64,000 nt of DNA from NCBI GenBank assembly GCA_027077795.1, contig JALWTT010000015.1, forward strand, positions 247,441 through 311,440, read 5' to 3'. The stretch is from Thermotogaceae bacterium (lineage in GTDB: Bacteria; Thermotogota; Thermotogae; Thermotogales; Thermotogaceae). Shown here piece by piece: positions 50,013 to 62,554 of the stretch. The notes under the pieces are model-generated. The model did not search any database and had not been told where the DNA came from. It saw nothing but the letters and a program-made list of their open reading frames with translations. Within the stretch, counting starts at the first letter, position 1. Each line of letters starts with the position of its first letter. Both the position numbers and the translations under genes were made by a program.

Positions 50013-50609
50013 AGGACATGTTTCTCTAAGTGGGCATAGTTCGCATCTCGGATTTCTGGGGAGGCACACGTTCCTTCCAAATTCCACCATGGACCCATTA
50101 ATCGGCCCCCAAAGCTCCTTGGGAAGCACTTTCATCAGTTCGAATTCCGTCTGCTCAGGAGTTTCCGTTTTCACCCATCCCAATCTGTTGCTTATCCTGT
50201 GGACGTGCGTATCGACCGCAAGTGCAGGCTTACCGAATGATACGTACAGAACGATGTTCGCCGTCTTTCTCCCCACCCCTGGGAGTGAGAGCAGATCTTC
50301 CAAACTGTCTGGAACCTTCCCACCAAATCTCTCCAGTATCTCCTTTGATACCTGTATTATCCTTATTGCTTTTTGCCTGAACATGCCAGAGGATCTTATG
50401 AGATCGTATAGATCCTCCGGGGACGCCGTTGCCAACCTCTCTGGTATACCATATCCCGCCTTGAACAACCTTTCGGCAGCTTCATCTGTGTTTTCATCCT
50501 TACTCCTCTGGCTTAGGATAGTTCTTATAAGCACTCTGAATGGATCCCGCTCTGCATGATGCCTTGGGAACTTTTCTATTATCAACCTTGCTTGCTCCTC
50601 TATTTTCAA
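49974..50609 (-). CDS. nth: endonuclease III
   Basis: HhH-GPD motif LPGVGRKTANIVL and the [4Fe-4S] cluster motif CLPRNPRCELCPLRETC. 211 aa. Confidence 0.9.
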   Translation of the reverse strand: MKIEEQARLIIEKFPRHHAERDPFRVLIRTILSQRSKDENTDEAAERLFKAGYGIPERLATASPEDLYDLIRSSGMFRQKAIRIIQVSKEILERFGGKVPDSLEDLLSLPGVGRKTANIVLYVSFGKPALAVDTHVHRISNRLGWVKTETPEQTEFELMKVLPKELWGPINGSMVEFGRNVCLPRNPRCELCPLRETCPSAKGKSQVGSKY

Positions 50610-51490
50610 ATTATCAGCCCCTTGTTCGGATCAACAACTCTTAGGTTCACTCCTTCAAGATCTTTTTCATATTTTTTGATGATTTTATCGATCTTTCCTA
50701 TGTACCTCGTGGATATATGGTATAGAATTACGTTCTTGACCCCAGATTTTTTGATGGTTTCCACGACCTCTTCTATAGAAGCATGGTTTTTAATCCTTCT
50801 ATCCTTAGAGTTCAGGAATGTGCATTCGTGGATCAAGAGCTCCGTTCCTTTGACCTCTTCTGGATCGAGAACCAGCGAATCGCCAGAAATGGTCAGTATC
50901 TTCTGCTCATACTCGTACGTTATCTCATCCTGCCCCAGCTCTTTTACAAGCGAGGCTATTTTTCTTGGGTCCATACCAACATATTCCTTCTTTAATTTTC
51001 TTCTGGTTTCGTACACGTGATATCCAAAGCTCTTCTCACCTGAAGTGTGCTTCGTTCTGAACGGTACAACGAACCTTTTAAAGGATCCCGCTTTTCTCAA
51101 AAAGACCTTTTCCCTGTCTTCTATAGGATGGGTTGTGAATGAAAACCTGAGATCTGGGTTGGCTCTTCTTATGAAGTTCAGATAAGATTCTATAGCCCTG
51201 TTCCCTTTTGGGTAGTACACTTCCAAAGGCTTCTCTCTGTCCCCCATTGCGTTGTTCCTCGTGTTTATTATGTTCCATATCCCGGATATATGATCCACAT
51301 GGCCGTGTGTTAAAAAGATGCGTCTGAAGGCGTAAACTCTACTCATCATAGCTGTGGCTACACCTTCACCTGCATCGAAAAGAATCCTTTCTGGAGCGTA
51401 ATATACCCAGGTTGAAAATAGAGCCTTTGAGTATATCCACAGTATCAAACCTTCTCCTCCTCTCTGTGCACCGAAGGTGGATTCTAACAC
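50606..51490 (-). CDS. MBL-fold hydrolase, short tRNase Z (RNase Z)-like
   Basis: LTHGHVDHISG (HxHxDH). About 290 aa. Architecture resembles the short-form tRNase Z of Thermotogae. The real start may lie a few codons downstream. Confidence 0.55.
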   Translation of the reverse strand: MLESTFGAQRGGEGLILWIYSKALFSTWVYYAPERILFDAGEGVATAMMSRVYAFRRIFLTHGHVDHISGIWNIINTRNNAMGDREKPLEVYYPKGNRAIESYLNFIRRANPDLRFSFTTHPIEDREKVFLRKAGSFKRFVVPFRTKHTSGEKSFGYHVYETRRKLKKEYVGMDPRKIASLVKELGQDEITYEYEQKILTISGDSLVLDPEEVKGTELLIHECTFLNSKDRRIKNHASIEEVVETIKKSGVKNVILYHISTRYIGKIDKIIKKYEKDLEGVNLRVVDPNKGLII

Positions 51491-51553
51491 AAATTTTGGG
51501 GTGAAAAACGGAAGGGTTCATAAAAGGGTAAAGCGGGGCGAGAGCCCCGAAAT

Positions 51554-54535
<2,982 letters not shown>

Positions 54536-54543
<8 letters not shown>

Positions 54544-55420
54544 TACCAACCACCTCACTGAAATGGACGACCTTTACACCATTCTTTCTTCCAAGTCCCT
54601 TTAACACGGTTTTCGGGCCAACCTCGAAGTACTCCTCAACATTGAGTTCTTTCATTCTGTCGATAGACTGAAGCCATTTCACAGGGCTGATTATCTGATC
54701 GATCAGGTATTTCTTGAGCTCTTCTGGATCTTTAGATTCTTTGGCTGTGACGTTCAGAACTATGGGATATCTGGGCTCATGGAACTTTATCTGTGAAAGT
54801 AACTCATCCATCTTTTCCGCAGCTTTCTCTATCAACGGAGTGTGAAAGGGTCCAGATACCTTCAGCTCGATGACTTTTCTAGCTCCTTCTTCCTTGAAAA
54901 TCTCCATGGCCTTGTGGACTGCTTCCCTCATACCACTGATAACTATCTGTGTGGGATCATTGTAGTTCGCTGGCCAGACTTCTTCTATATCGGATAGAAC
55001 CTCCTCAACTTTGTGAAATGGAATACCTATGATGGCTGCCATGGTTCCTTTTCCTGGCTCGAGGGCTTTTGAAATGAACTCTCCCCTCTTCCTGACTATG
55101 TAGATCCCAGTATCGAAATCGTAGACTCCTGCAGCAGCGAGCGCAGTGTACTCTCCTAGGGAATGTCCAGCTGCGATGTCAGGGGCCATACCTCTTTTAA
55201 CCATTTCCTGATAAGCTATGTAGCTTGCTAGGAATATAGCCGGCTGAGCGTTTTCGGTTAATTTCAACGTATCCTCGCTTCCGTTCATCACAGCTGCTAT
55301 ATCAAATCCCAAGACTTCTTCTGCTCTTCTATAAAACTCCTTTGAGGATTCATAAGCTGCGAAGTCATCTCCCATTCCGCTGTACTGGGAACCTTGACCG
55401 GGAAACAAGAATGCTCTCAT
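54536..55420 (-). CDS. fabD: malonyl-CoA:ACP transacylase
   Basis: GHSLGEY active-site serine motif. FLFPGQGSQYSGMG N-terminus. Confidence 0.9.
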
Positions 55421-56364
55421 TCAATCCACCCCCTGTTTTTGTCACAGAATCTGCTAACCACTTCTTTGAATTCCTCAACGATATCCTTTATCACCTCTTT
55501 CACTGGCTTTATGTCCTCTATTAACCCTGCACTTTGACCTGCCATAAACGATCCACTGGAAGTATCCCCTTCCTTTACTGCTCTTCTCAAGCTCCCGAGA
55601 AGAGCTCTTTCTGCTTCTTCAAAATTCTTTGTTTCCAGTTCTATTATCTTCTTTGCAAATGGGGTTCTTAAGACCCTTGCAGGATGGCCGAGCTTTGAAC
55701 CTGTTATCATGGTGTCCCTTATACTTGCCCGTAGGATTTTTCTCTTGTACTCTGGGTGAACTTCTGCTTCTTCGGTGGCCACAAACCTAGTTCCCATTTG
55801 AACTCCCTCTGCTCCCAACGCAAAAGCAGCTGCCATTCCCGTGCCGTCGGCAATTCCTCCTGCTGCAATCACAGGTATTTTCACACTCTTCACAACTCTG
55901 TTGACGAGAACAATCGTTGTGACTTCCCCAATGTGCCCTCCACTCTCCATCCCTTCGGCCACAACGGCATCAGCTCCGGATCTTTCAACCAGCTTTGCCA
56001 AAGATTCGGATGCCACAACTGGGATGACCTTTATCCCGTGTTCCTTGAGATCAGGAATGTACTTCGCGGGGTTTCCTGCACCGAATGTTATCGCGTTCAC
56101 CTTTTCCTCGATCGAGACCCTCACAAGGTCATCAACGAAAGGAGAAAGGAGCAGAATGTTAACTCCTATGGGTTTGTTAGTCATAGCCTTCGCCTCTCTG
56201 ATCTCCTCTCTCAAACCATCTGGGTCTAGGTGCCCCGATCCTATGACACCAAGTGCTCCCGCTTCTGAAACCGCGGCTGCCAACTTTGCCGTTCCAGCCC
56301 ACGCCATTCCCCCCATAGTTATTGGATACTCTATGCCGAGGAGATCCGTTATTCTTGTCCTCAA
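55417..56364 (-). CDS. fabK: enoyl-[ACP] reductase II (FMN-dependent, NPD family)
   Basis: Nitronate monooxygenase / 2-nitropropane dioxygenase-like TIM barrel within the fab operon, in place of fabI. Confidence 0.75.
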   Translation of the reverse strand: MRTRITDLLGIEYPITMGGMAWAGTAKLAAAVSEAGALGVIGSGHLDPDGLREEIREAKAMTNKPIGVNILLLSPFVDDLVRVSIEEKVNAITFGAGNPAKYIPDLKEHGIKVIPVVASESLAKLVERSGADAVVAEGMESGGHIGEVTTIVLVNRVVKSVKIPVIAAGGIADGTGMAAAFALGAEGVQMGTRFVATEEAEVHPEYKRKILRASIRDTMITGSKLGHPARVLRTPFAKKIIELETKNFEEAERALLGSLRRAVKEGDTSSGSFMAGQSAGLIEDIKPVKEVIKDIVEEFKEVVSRFCDKNRGWIE

Positions 56365-56780
56365 GTTTTCACCCCCAGAAGAAGTTTGGCTTTGGCGGCG
56401 ACTTCTCCCTTCACTTTCGCCACACCTTCTACGGTTACCATTCCCATCCTCTTACTTCTAACCTTTATCTCGTATACAAGTTTGTCTCCAGGCCTGACTT
56501 CCCTCTTAAAGCGCGCTTCATCTATTCCCAGAAACAGGGGGACCCCCTTGATCCCCCTGAGAAGTAAGATTCCAGCTGTCTGAGCCATTCCTTCAATTAT
56601 GAGAACACCTGGATATATCGGATAATCTGGAAAGTGTCCTTGAAAAACCGGATCAGAAATAGATACATTTTTGTAAGCCACTATTTGATTCTCTTCAACA
56701 GTTTCTACTCCATCGACTAGTAAGAATGGATATCTGTGGGGAAGTACCTTTTTTATCTCATCTATGTTCATTCGTACCAC
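56361..56780 (-). CDS. fabZ: 3-hydroxyacyl-[ACP] dehydratase
   Basis: LPHRYPFLLVD and hot-dog fold HFPDYPIYPGVLIIE. A probable alternative start at 56771 (MNIDEI) lies just after the fabF stop. Confidence 0.9.
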   Translation of the reverse strand: MVRMNIDEIKKVLPHRYPFLLVDGVETVEENQIVAYKNVSISDPVFQGHFPDYPIYPGVLIIEGMAQTAGILLLRGIKGVPLFLGIDEARFKREVRPGDKLVYEIKVRSKRMGMVTVEGVAKVKGEVAAKAKLLLGVKT

Positions 56781-58039
56781 CCCACAACGATGGATGCATT
56801 GTGCCCACCAAATCCAAAGGAGTTTTTCAAGAAATTTCTTATCTTCCAGTCCTGTGCCTCTTTTGTGGCCATACCCAATCCTTCTGTTTCCGGATCAGGA
56901 TCATCCAGATTTGGCAAGCCATGAACAAATCCCTCTCTCATTTGGATTATAGATGCTATCAACTCAGCTGACCCTGCTGCTCCAAGAAGATGCCCCATGA
57001 AAGTTTTTGTGGAGTTCACCCTTATATCTTTTGCCCTGTCACCGAAGACAGTCTTTATAGCTCTGGCCTCGACTTCGTCACCAGCTGGAGTTGACGTTGC
57101 GTGGGCTGAAACGTAGTCCACATCCTCGGGTGATATTTTTCCATCCTCGAGAGCCAATTTCATAACGGCGGTCATCGTGCTTCCATCAGGTCTTGGTGCA
57201 CTTATGTGGTAAGCATCATCGTTCATTCCGATTCCTTTGACCTCTGCTATTATCTCTGCCCCGTGCTCTCTGGCCACATCCTCCGCCTCAAGGATCAGTA
57301 TTCCTGCCCCCTCTCCCATGACGAATCCGTCTCTGGCTTTATCAAAGGGTCGGGAGGCTTTTTTCGGCTCGTCGTTCCTGGTGGATAGGGCTCTCATTGA
57401 CGCAAATCCAGCTATTCCTATCTTTTCTATTGAAGCTTCAGCTCCTCCCACTATTGCTACATCGGCGTATCCATGCCTGATCAAAAGAGTTCCTATTATC
57501 ACTGAGTGAAGAGATGTAGCACACGCACTCACAGGTGAAAAGTTAGGACCTCTAAGATCATATTGAAGCGATATAGTACCAGCTACGAGGTTTATCAAAA
57601 CTTTAGGTATCATGAAGGGACTTACTCTGTTCGGCCCCTTCGAATCCAGCACTTCCTTTTCTCTCATGAGAGTTGTGAGGCCTCCGATTCCAGAGCTAAC
57701 CAAAACAGCTGTTCTATCTCCATATCTCGATAGTTCTATCCCACTCATCTCAATAGCCATTTTTGTCGCGGCGAGTGCAAATTGCACAAACCTATCTTGC
57801 TTCCTTGCAAGCTTTTTGTCGATGTAGTCCGCCGGGTTGAAGTTCCGTATCTCAGCGGCTATCTGTGTGGACAAATCGGAAGGGTCGAAAGAACTGATTC
57901 TGTCAACGGCGATCCTTCCATCTTTGAGGGATTTCGTGTACTCCTCAATCCCTATTCCTATTGGGGAAATTATCCCCATGCCCGTTATGACTACTCTCCT
58001 TCTCAAATTCTCACCCCCTTGGGGGGTGATTATAATCAC
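56768..58039 (-). CDS. fabF: 3-oxoacyl-[ACP] synthase II
   Basis: KAS II with active-site Cys SPVSACATS, His-His (HATSTPAGD, GHLLGAAG). 423 aa. Confidence 0.9.
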   Translation of the reverse strand: MIIITPQGGENLRRRVVITGMGIISPIGIGIEEYTKSLKDGRIAVDRISSFDPSDLSTQIAAEIRNFNPADYIDKKLARKQDRFVQFALAATKMAIEMSGIELSRYGDRTAVLVSSGIGGLTTLMREKEVLDSKGPNRVSPFMIPKVLINLVAGTISLQYDLRGPNFSPVSACATSLHSVIIGTLLIRHGYADVAIVGGAEASIEKIGIAGFASMRALSTRNDEPKKASRPFDKARDGFVMGEGAGILILEAEDVAREHGAEIIAEVKGIGMNDDAYHISAPRPDGSTMTAVMKLALEDGKISPEDVDYVSAHATSTPAGDEVEARAIKTVFGDRAKDIRVNSTKTFMGHLLGAAGSAELIASIIQMREGFVHGLPNLDDPDPETEGLGMATKEAQDWKIRNFLKNSFGFGGHNASIVVGWYE

Positions 58040-58089
58040 TGAGTATTAAATTAGTCAAACTAAAAGATTTGTCAGATCTAAGTTTTCCT

Positions 58090-58662
58090 CTACGGAGTCG
58101 GGCCATTCCACTTTATCAAGAATTCTCCTATCCTTTCGTAGCCAATCATTTGAGACATTTTCAAGAAGACCCTCGCGGTTACCAAAGCATCATCCAATGC
58201 TCTGTGATTTATCTTGTCGGTTATCGAAAAATACCTTGCTAGCCATCTGAGGCTTCTGGATTTTCCAAAGATGATCTTCGACATCTCATAGGTATCTATG
58301 TACACAGGGTCTAGAGGAAGGGCTCCTATCTCCTTAGCAGCGTAATCGAGAAACATGAGATCGAATTTCCCATTGTGAAATATTGGTATCATGCTTGAAA
58401 AGTAAGATTTTATCGTCGGATATATATAATCCATGGAGGGGGCTCTGACGACCTCGGAGTTTCCTATCCCATGGACTTTTTCAACAACGGCGGGTATCTT
58501 AACCATGGGATTCACCAACGAGACATAAGCTCTCTCAACTATTATCCTATCTTTGTACACAGGTACAATGGCTATTTCAACTATCCTGTCCCCGAGATCT
58601 GGATTAACACCAGTAGTTTCGGTGTCGACGGCGCAGAACACCGTTTCTTCCCATTCTATCAA
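58090..58662 (-). CDS. DEDDh 3'-5' exonuclease (DnaQ/oligoribonuclease-like), standalone
   Basis: Exo I AVDTETTG, Exo II FHNGKFDLMFL, Exo III HRALDDALVTARVF (His, hence DEDDh). 190 aa. Confidence 0.75.
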   Translation of the reverse strand: MIEWEETVFCAVDTETTGVNPDLGDRIVEIAIVPVYKDRIIVERAYVSLVNPMVKIPAVVEKVHGIGNSEVVRAPSMDYIYPTIKSYFSSMIPIFHNGKFDLMFLDYAAKEIGALPLDPVYIDTYEMSKIIFGKSRSLRWLARYFSITDKINHRALDDALVTARVFLKMSQMIGYERIGEFLIKWNGPTP

Positions 58663-58668
58663 TTTAAA

Positions 58669-59322
58669 TCACCTTATTTTTCTGAGGGTTTCATATTCTG
58701 CTGCGGATATCAGGTCTTCACCAGTGATCATCCAATCCTCAAGTTCAGCAATTCCATGCACATACTCAGGCTTTTTAAGAATCTTCTCCTTGAGGTACTT
58801 TCGAACAAAGCGTCTTTCTAGCCTCTTGGCGAAAACTTCCGCACCGGACTTATCTGTCCCAGGCAAGATTATGACTACTTCTCCTTCACCGAGGTTGAAA
58901 GTCTTATCGGATTTCCTGCTGGAAATGTTCAAGGATGTTAGAAGTGTTCTCACCGCATCGATGTCTTTGTCCAGTATCCTGAATATCACTATGCTCAAAG
59001 GCATGGTGTTTCTCTTAGCCTTCAAGAACTCTTCTTCTAATGCTTCATAGAATCCCCCTGTCTGCAGGAAGATCTCGTAAAGCCGAACTTTCAGCTGAAG
59101 CGTTTTTTTATCTATCCTTGGGTCTATCACATCTATTATGTTGTCTCCTATTTCCCCTTCGTTCTGCAGCTTTCCCACCAGAACCGTGGGTTTATAGACA
59201 TGTGGTCTGTTAGAGAATACCAAAACAGCTTCATCCTCAGATGAAACGGGTATCATCAAACTTTCCAAGAGCTTTTCGAATTTCTTCTTGTACCTTGGCG
59301 ATAGGTCCACGTGCACTATCAT
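58669..59322 (-). CDS. degenerate GGDEF-like domain protein (predicted non-catalytic)
   Basis: C-terminal region aligns to the GGDEF fold, but the active site GG[DE]EF is replaced by GEGEV ([15 protein letters not shown]) and the upstream metal-binding DxDxFK region is degenerate. 217 aa. Confidence 0.5.
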   Translation of the reverse strand: MIVHVDLSPRYKKKFEKLLESLMIPVSSEDEAVLVFSNRPHVYKPTVLVGKLQNEGEIGDNIIDVIDPRIDKKTLQLKVRLYEIFLQTGGFYEALEEEFLKAKRNTMPLSIVIFRILDKDIDAVRTLLTSLNISSRKSDKTFNLGEGEVVIILPGTDKSGAEVFAKRLERRFVRKYLKEKILKKPEYVHGIAELEDWMITGEDLISAAEYETLRKIR

Positions 59323-59888
59323 TTTTCAACCATCCTCAGAAAGTATTCATGGATCCTGGTGTCCTGGGTCAGCTCTGGATGAAATGAACTGGCCAAGATA
59401 TTGCCTTCCCTCACAAGGATGGGATCTTTGTTGTACTCGGCCAAGACTTCCACTCTGGCACCGTGTTTGACAACTTTTGGTGCTCTTATAAAGACAGCCC
59501 TGAAGGGTTTTTCACCCACAGCAGGTATGCTCAAATCAACCTCAAAACTTTCCACCTGTCTTCCATAAGCATTTCGTTCTATTTCAATGTCCAAAACTCC
59601 CAGAAGAGGTTGAACGTGGTCCACAACTTTCCTAGACAGGAGTATCATCCCAGCGCATGTTCCGTAAACGGGAAGACCTTGTTCGATTTTCTTCACGAGG
59701 GGCTCTCTTATCCTCATGTTTTCCATAACTCTTCCCATCGTCGTGGATTCTCCTCCCGGAATGATCAACCCATCCACCAAGTCTAAATCCTCTGGAAGCT
59801 TTACGACAAGTGTTTCCACACCCATGAGTGATAGCATTTCCACATGCTCTCTGAAGTCTCCCTGGAGTCCCAGAACACCAATTCGCAT
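59319..59888 (-). CDS. pdxT: pyridoxal 5'-phosphate synthase glutaminase subunit
   Basis: [15 protein letters not shown], class I glutamine amidotransferase with the catalytic Cys in GTCAG. Confidence 0.92.
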   Translation of the reverse strand: MRIGVLGLQGDFREHVEMLSLMGVETLVVKLPEDLDLVDGLIIPGGESTTMGRVMENMRIREPLVKKIEQGLPVYGTCAGMILLSRKVVDHVQPLLGVLDIEIERNAYGRQVESFEVDLSIPAVGEKPFRAVFIRAPKVVKHGARVEVLAEYNKDPILVREGNILASSFHPELTQDTRIHEYFLRMVEK

Positions 59889-59889
59889 T

Positions 59890-60771
59890 TCACCAGCCCC
59901 TTTCTTGCATCCTTATTTCTAACTCGTTTACATCAAGTCCAGACATTGGCTCACCAATGTCTTCACTCACCTTCATCAGTATTCTGGGATTGTCCCAATA
60001 TGTGACGGCAAGTACCACTGCTTTGGCCATCTTTCTGGGATCTTTGCTCTTGAATATCCCAGATCCGACGAACACTCCATCTGCACCTAGCATCATCATC
60101 AATGCGGCATCGGCGGGTGTTGCAACACCTCCGGCGGCGAAGTTCACCACTGGAAGCCTTCCTAGCCTTTTCACTTCCCTAACCAATTCCACTGGTGCTC
60201 CTAGCTCTTTCGCTTCCCTGACGAGCTCTTCCTCAGACATGTTGACAATTTTCCTTATCTCATCTTGAACTTTCCTCATGTGCTTAACGGCTTCTACGAT
60301 GTTTCCCGTTCCCGCTTCCCCTTTCGTTCTTATCATTGCGGCACCTTCCGCGATCCTCCTGAGGGCTTCTCCAAGATCCCTAGCTCCGCATACGAACGGT
60401 ACCTTGTATTCATGCTTGTTTATGTGAAATTTGTCGTCTGCCGGTGTTAGAACTTCCGACTCGTCTATGAAGTCGACTCCCAACTCTTCCAAAATCCTAG
60501 CTTCGGCTATGTGACCTATTCTCACCTTTGCCATGACGGGAATAGATACCGCTCCCATGATCTCCTTTATCTTCTTTATAGGTGCCATTCTTGCAACTCC
60601 ACCGGCTTTTCTTATATCCGCTGGTACCCTTTCAAGTGCCATGACGGCAACAGCACCTGCTTCCTCAGCTATTTTTGCCTGTTCAGCATTGGTGACATCC
60701 ATGATAACCCCGCCTTTGAACATCTCGGCGAAGCCTTTCTTGACAGCCCATGTGCCTTTATAAACATCCAT
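59890..60771 (-). CDS. pdxS: pyridoxal 5'-phosphate synthase lyase subunit
   Basis: [35 protein letters not shown], highly conserved PdxS/SNZ (beta/alpha)8 barrel. Confidence 0.92.
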   Translation of the reverse strand: MDVYKGTWAVKKGFAEMFKGGVIMDVTNAEQAKIAEEAGAVAVMALERVPADIRKAGGVARMAPIKKIKEIMGAVSIPVMAKVRIGHIAEARILEELGVDFIDESEVLTPADDKFHINKHEYKVPFVCGARDLGEALRRIAEGAAMIRTKGEAGTGNIVEAVKHMRKVQDEIRKIVNMSEEELVREAKELGAPVELVREVKRLGRLPVVNFAAGGVATPADAALMMMLGADGVFVGSGIFKSKDPRKMAKAVVLAVTYWDNPRILMKVSEDIGEPMSGLDVNELEIRMQERGW

Positions 60772-60879
60772 GGTGATCCCTCCTTTCAGGTCAAAAAATG
60801 TGAGATTCTATTCAATGTTAAATTCCATTCTCTATAGCTCAAAAGATTATACCACCAACGGTGAACTGCGAGTAGATTT

Positions 60880-61872
60880 GTGGTGTACAATACCTGCAGG
60901 AGGTGTTCGTTTTTGAAGAAGTTGATGATCTTCCTCATGGGGATCAGTTTGGTTTATGGTGGAATAGTTCATATATCCTCAAACTTCGTTGAGCCTCAGG
61001 ATAATGTTATAACGTATTCTGGAAGTGTGGTTGCCTTCATAGAGGATGACAACGTGCATCTTTGGGCTTCAACTTTGACCGTTAGCAAATACGCGGAGGA
61101 TTGGAGAAAGATAAAGGCGGAAGGACTCGTGTCGGTGGAAACCACTTCAATGATCGCCACCTCCGATGTCCTTGACTACGATATCAAGGACAAGCGAGGA
61201 AAGCTCTCGGGAAACACCGTCGTATTTCTGTCAGATGAAGATGCAACTGTTATAACTGAGTCTCTAAATTTCGACTTGGACAGGGGAATATACTCCTCGT
61301 ACACGAGAAACACCATGTTCAGAAAAGATGTGGAGGCTACATCGAACATCTTCACCTACGAGGGTTCAAGTATGGTGCTCAAGGGAGAAGTAGAGGCCAC
61401 GAGTGGAGAAACGAGACTCTTCGGAGGCAAAGCGGTTATCAATCTTGATGAGAACATCATGGAGGTCTCGGGAAACGTAAGGGCCATTCTGAAGGATGCC
61501 ACAATTACTGGTGAAAAACTGGCCTATGATATGGATAAAGAGGGGACATTCACGGGAAATGTCACAGCCGACATAACTCGCGAGAAATCCCGAATGAAAG
61601 TCGTGTCAGAATATCTGAAATTTGACACCGGGAGAGGAAGATACTCCGGGTGGAACTCGTCTGGAAAGGTGAAGATATGGAAAGGCAAAACCTACTCAGA
61701 ATCTAATGAGTTTAATTACTTTAAAGACAATGGAACTGCAGAATTGATCGGGGATGTGTACGTCTACGATGAGGAGAAGAATATTAAGCTGTGGGCTGAA
61801 AGAGTTCTGATTTACCTCGATAAGGATGAGATGAAGGCGTTCAAAGCTAGAACCGAAATCGTGACGAAATGA
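60880..61872 (+). CDS. hypothetical secreted protein with repeated OstA/LptA-like beta-jellyroll segments
   Basis: N-terminal signal/TM anchor, then repeated GNxxV..., GEKLAYD-type segments reminiscent of the OstA-N/LptC/LptA fold. Weak. Confidence 0.35.
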   Translation: MVYNTCRRCSFLKKLMIFLMGISLVYGGIVHISSNFVEPQDNVITYSGSVVAFIEDDNVHLWASTLTVSKYAEDWRKIKAEGLVSVETTSMIATSDVLDYDIKDKRGKLSGNTVVFLSDEDATVITESLNFDLDRGIYSSYTRNTMFRKDVEATSNIFTYEGSSMVLKGEVEATSGETRLFGGKAVINLDENIMEVSGNVRAILKDATITGEKLAYDMDKEGTFTGNVTADITREKSRMKVVSEYLKFDTGRGRYSGWNSSGKVKIWKGKTYSESNEFNYFKDNGTAELIGDVYVYDEEKNIKLWAERVLIYLDKDEMKAFKARTEIVTK

Positions 61873-61873
61873 G

Positions 61874-62554
61874 GTGAATGTGGTGAAGAAAATAGGTCTC
61901 ATAGGTGGAACCAGTCCGGAGTCAACCGCCCTTTACTATGAGAGTTTCATAGAGCTATCCAGAAAATTTCTCCCAGAGAATGTCTATCCAGAAATTCTCA
62001 TATACAGCGTTAATTTTGAATTCGTACTTAGGAACATGAAGGGTAATCTGAAAGCCATTGCAGAGAAATTCAACGAGATATTGAGGGTTTTTGAAGATGC
62101 CGGTGTGGAATTAGCTGCTATGACCGCTAACACCATGCATCTTCTGTACGACATGCTCGATACATCCATGGAGATGGTACACATAGTGGATTCGGTTGTG
62201 AAGTATTCTGAAGAGAAGTCCTTTAAAAAGTTGGTTTTGTTTGGAACTAAGCGAACTATGGAGAGCAATCTTTATCAGAAAAGGATGGAAAGAGCCGGTA
62301 TAGAGATTCTCATTCCAGACGAAGAAGATCGAGAGGAGATCGATAACTTGATATTTGAGATAACGGCAAGAGGTGTGAGTGAAGGGGTCAAGAGGAGGGC
62401 TTTGGATATAGCCAGTAGATACGTGGAGATGGCCGATGCGATAATTCTTGGATGTACTGAACTTCCACTTGTACTGAAAGATTCAAGTTTTGAAGTCATA
62501 GATACGGTTGAAGTTCATGTCAAAGATATATTCATCAGGGCGGTGGAAAGTTGA
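61874..62554 (+). CDS. Asp/Glu racemase-family protein (aspartate racemase-like)
   Basis: IGLIGGTSPESTALYY N-terminal motif and a second GCTELPL motif with conserved Cys. 226 aa. Confidence 0.75.
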   Translation: MNVVKKIGLIGGTSPESTALYYESFIELSRKFLPENVYPEILIYSVNFEFVLRNMKGNLKAIAEKFNEILRVFEDAGVELAAMTANTMHLLYDMLDTSMEMVHIVDSVVKYSEEKSFKKLVLFGTKRTMESNLYQKRMERAGIEILIPDEEDREEIDNLIFEITARGVSEGVKRRALDIASRYVEMADAIILGCTELPLVLKDSSFEVIDTVEVHVKDIFIRAVES

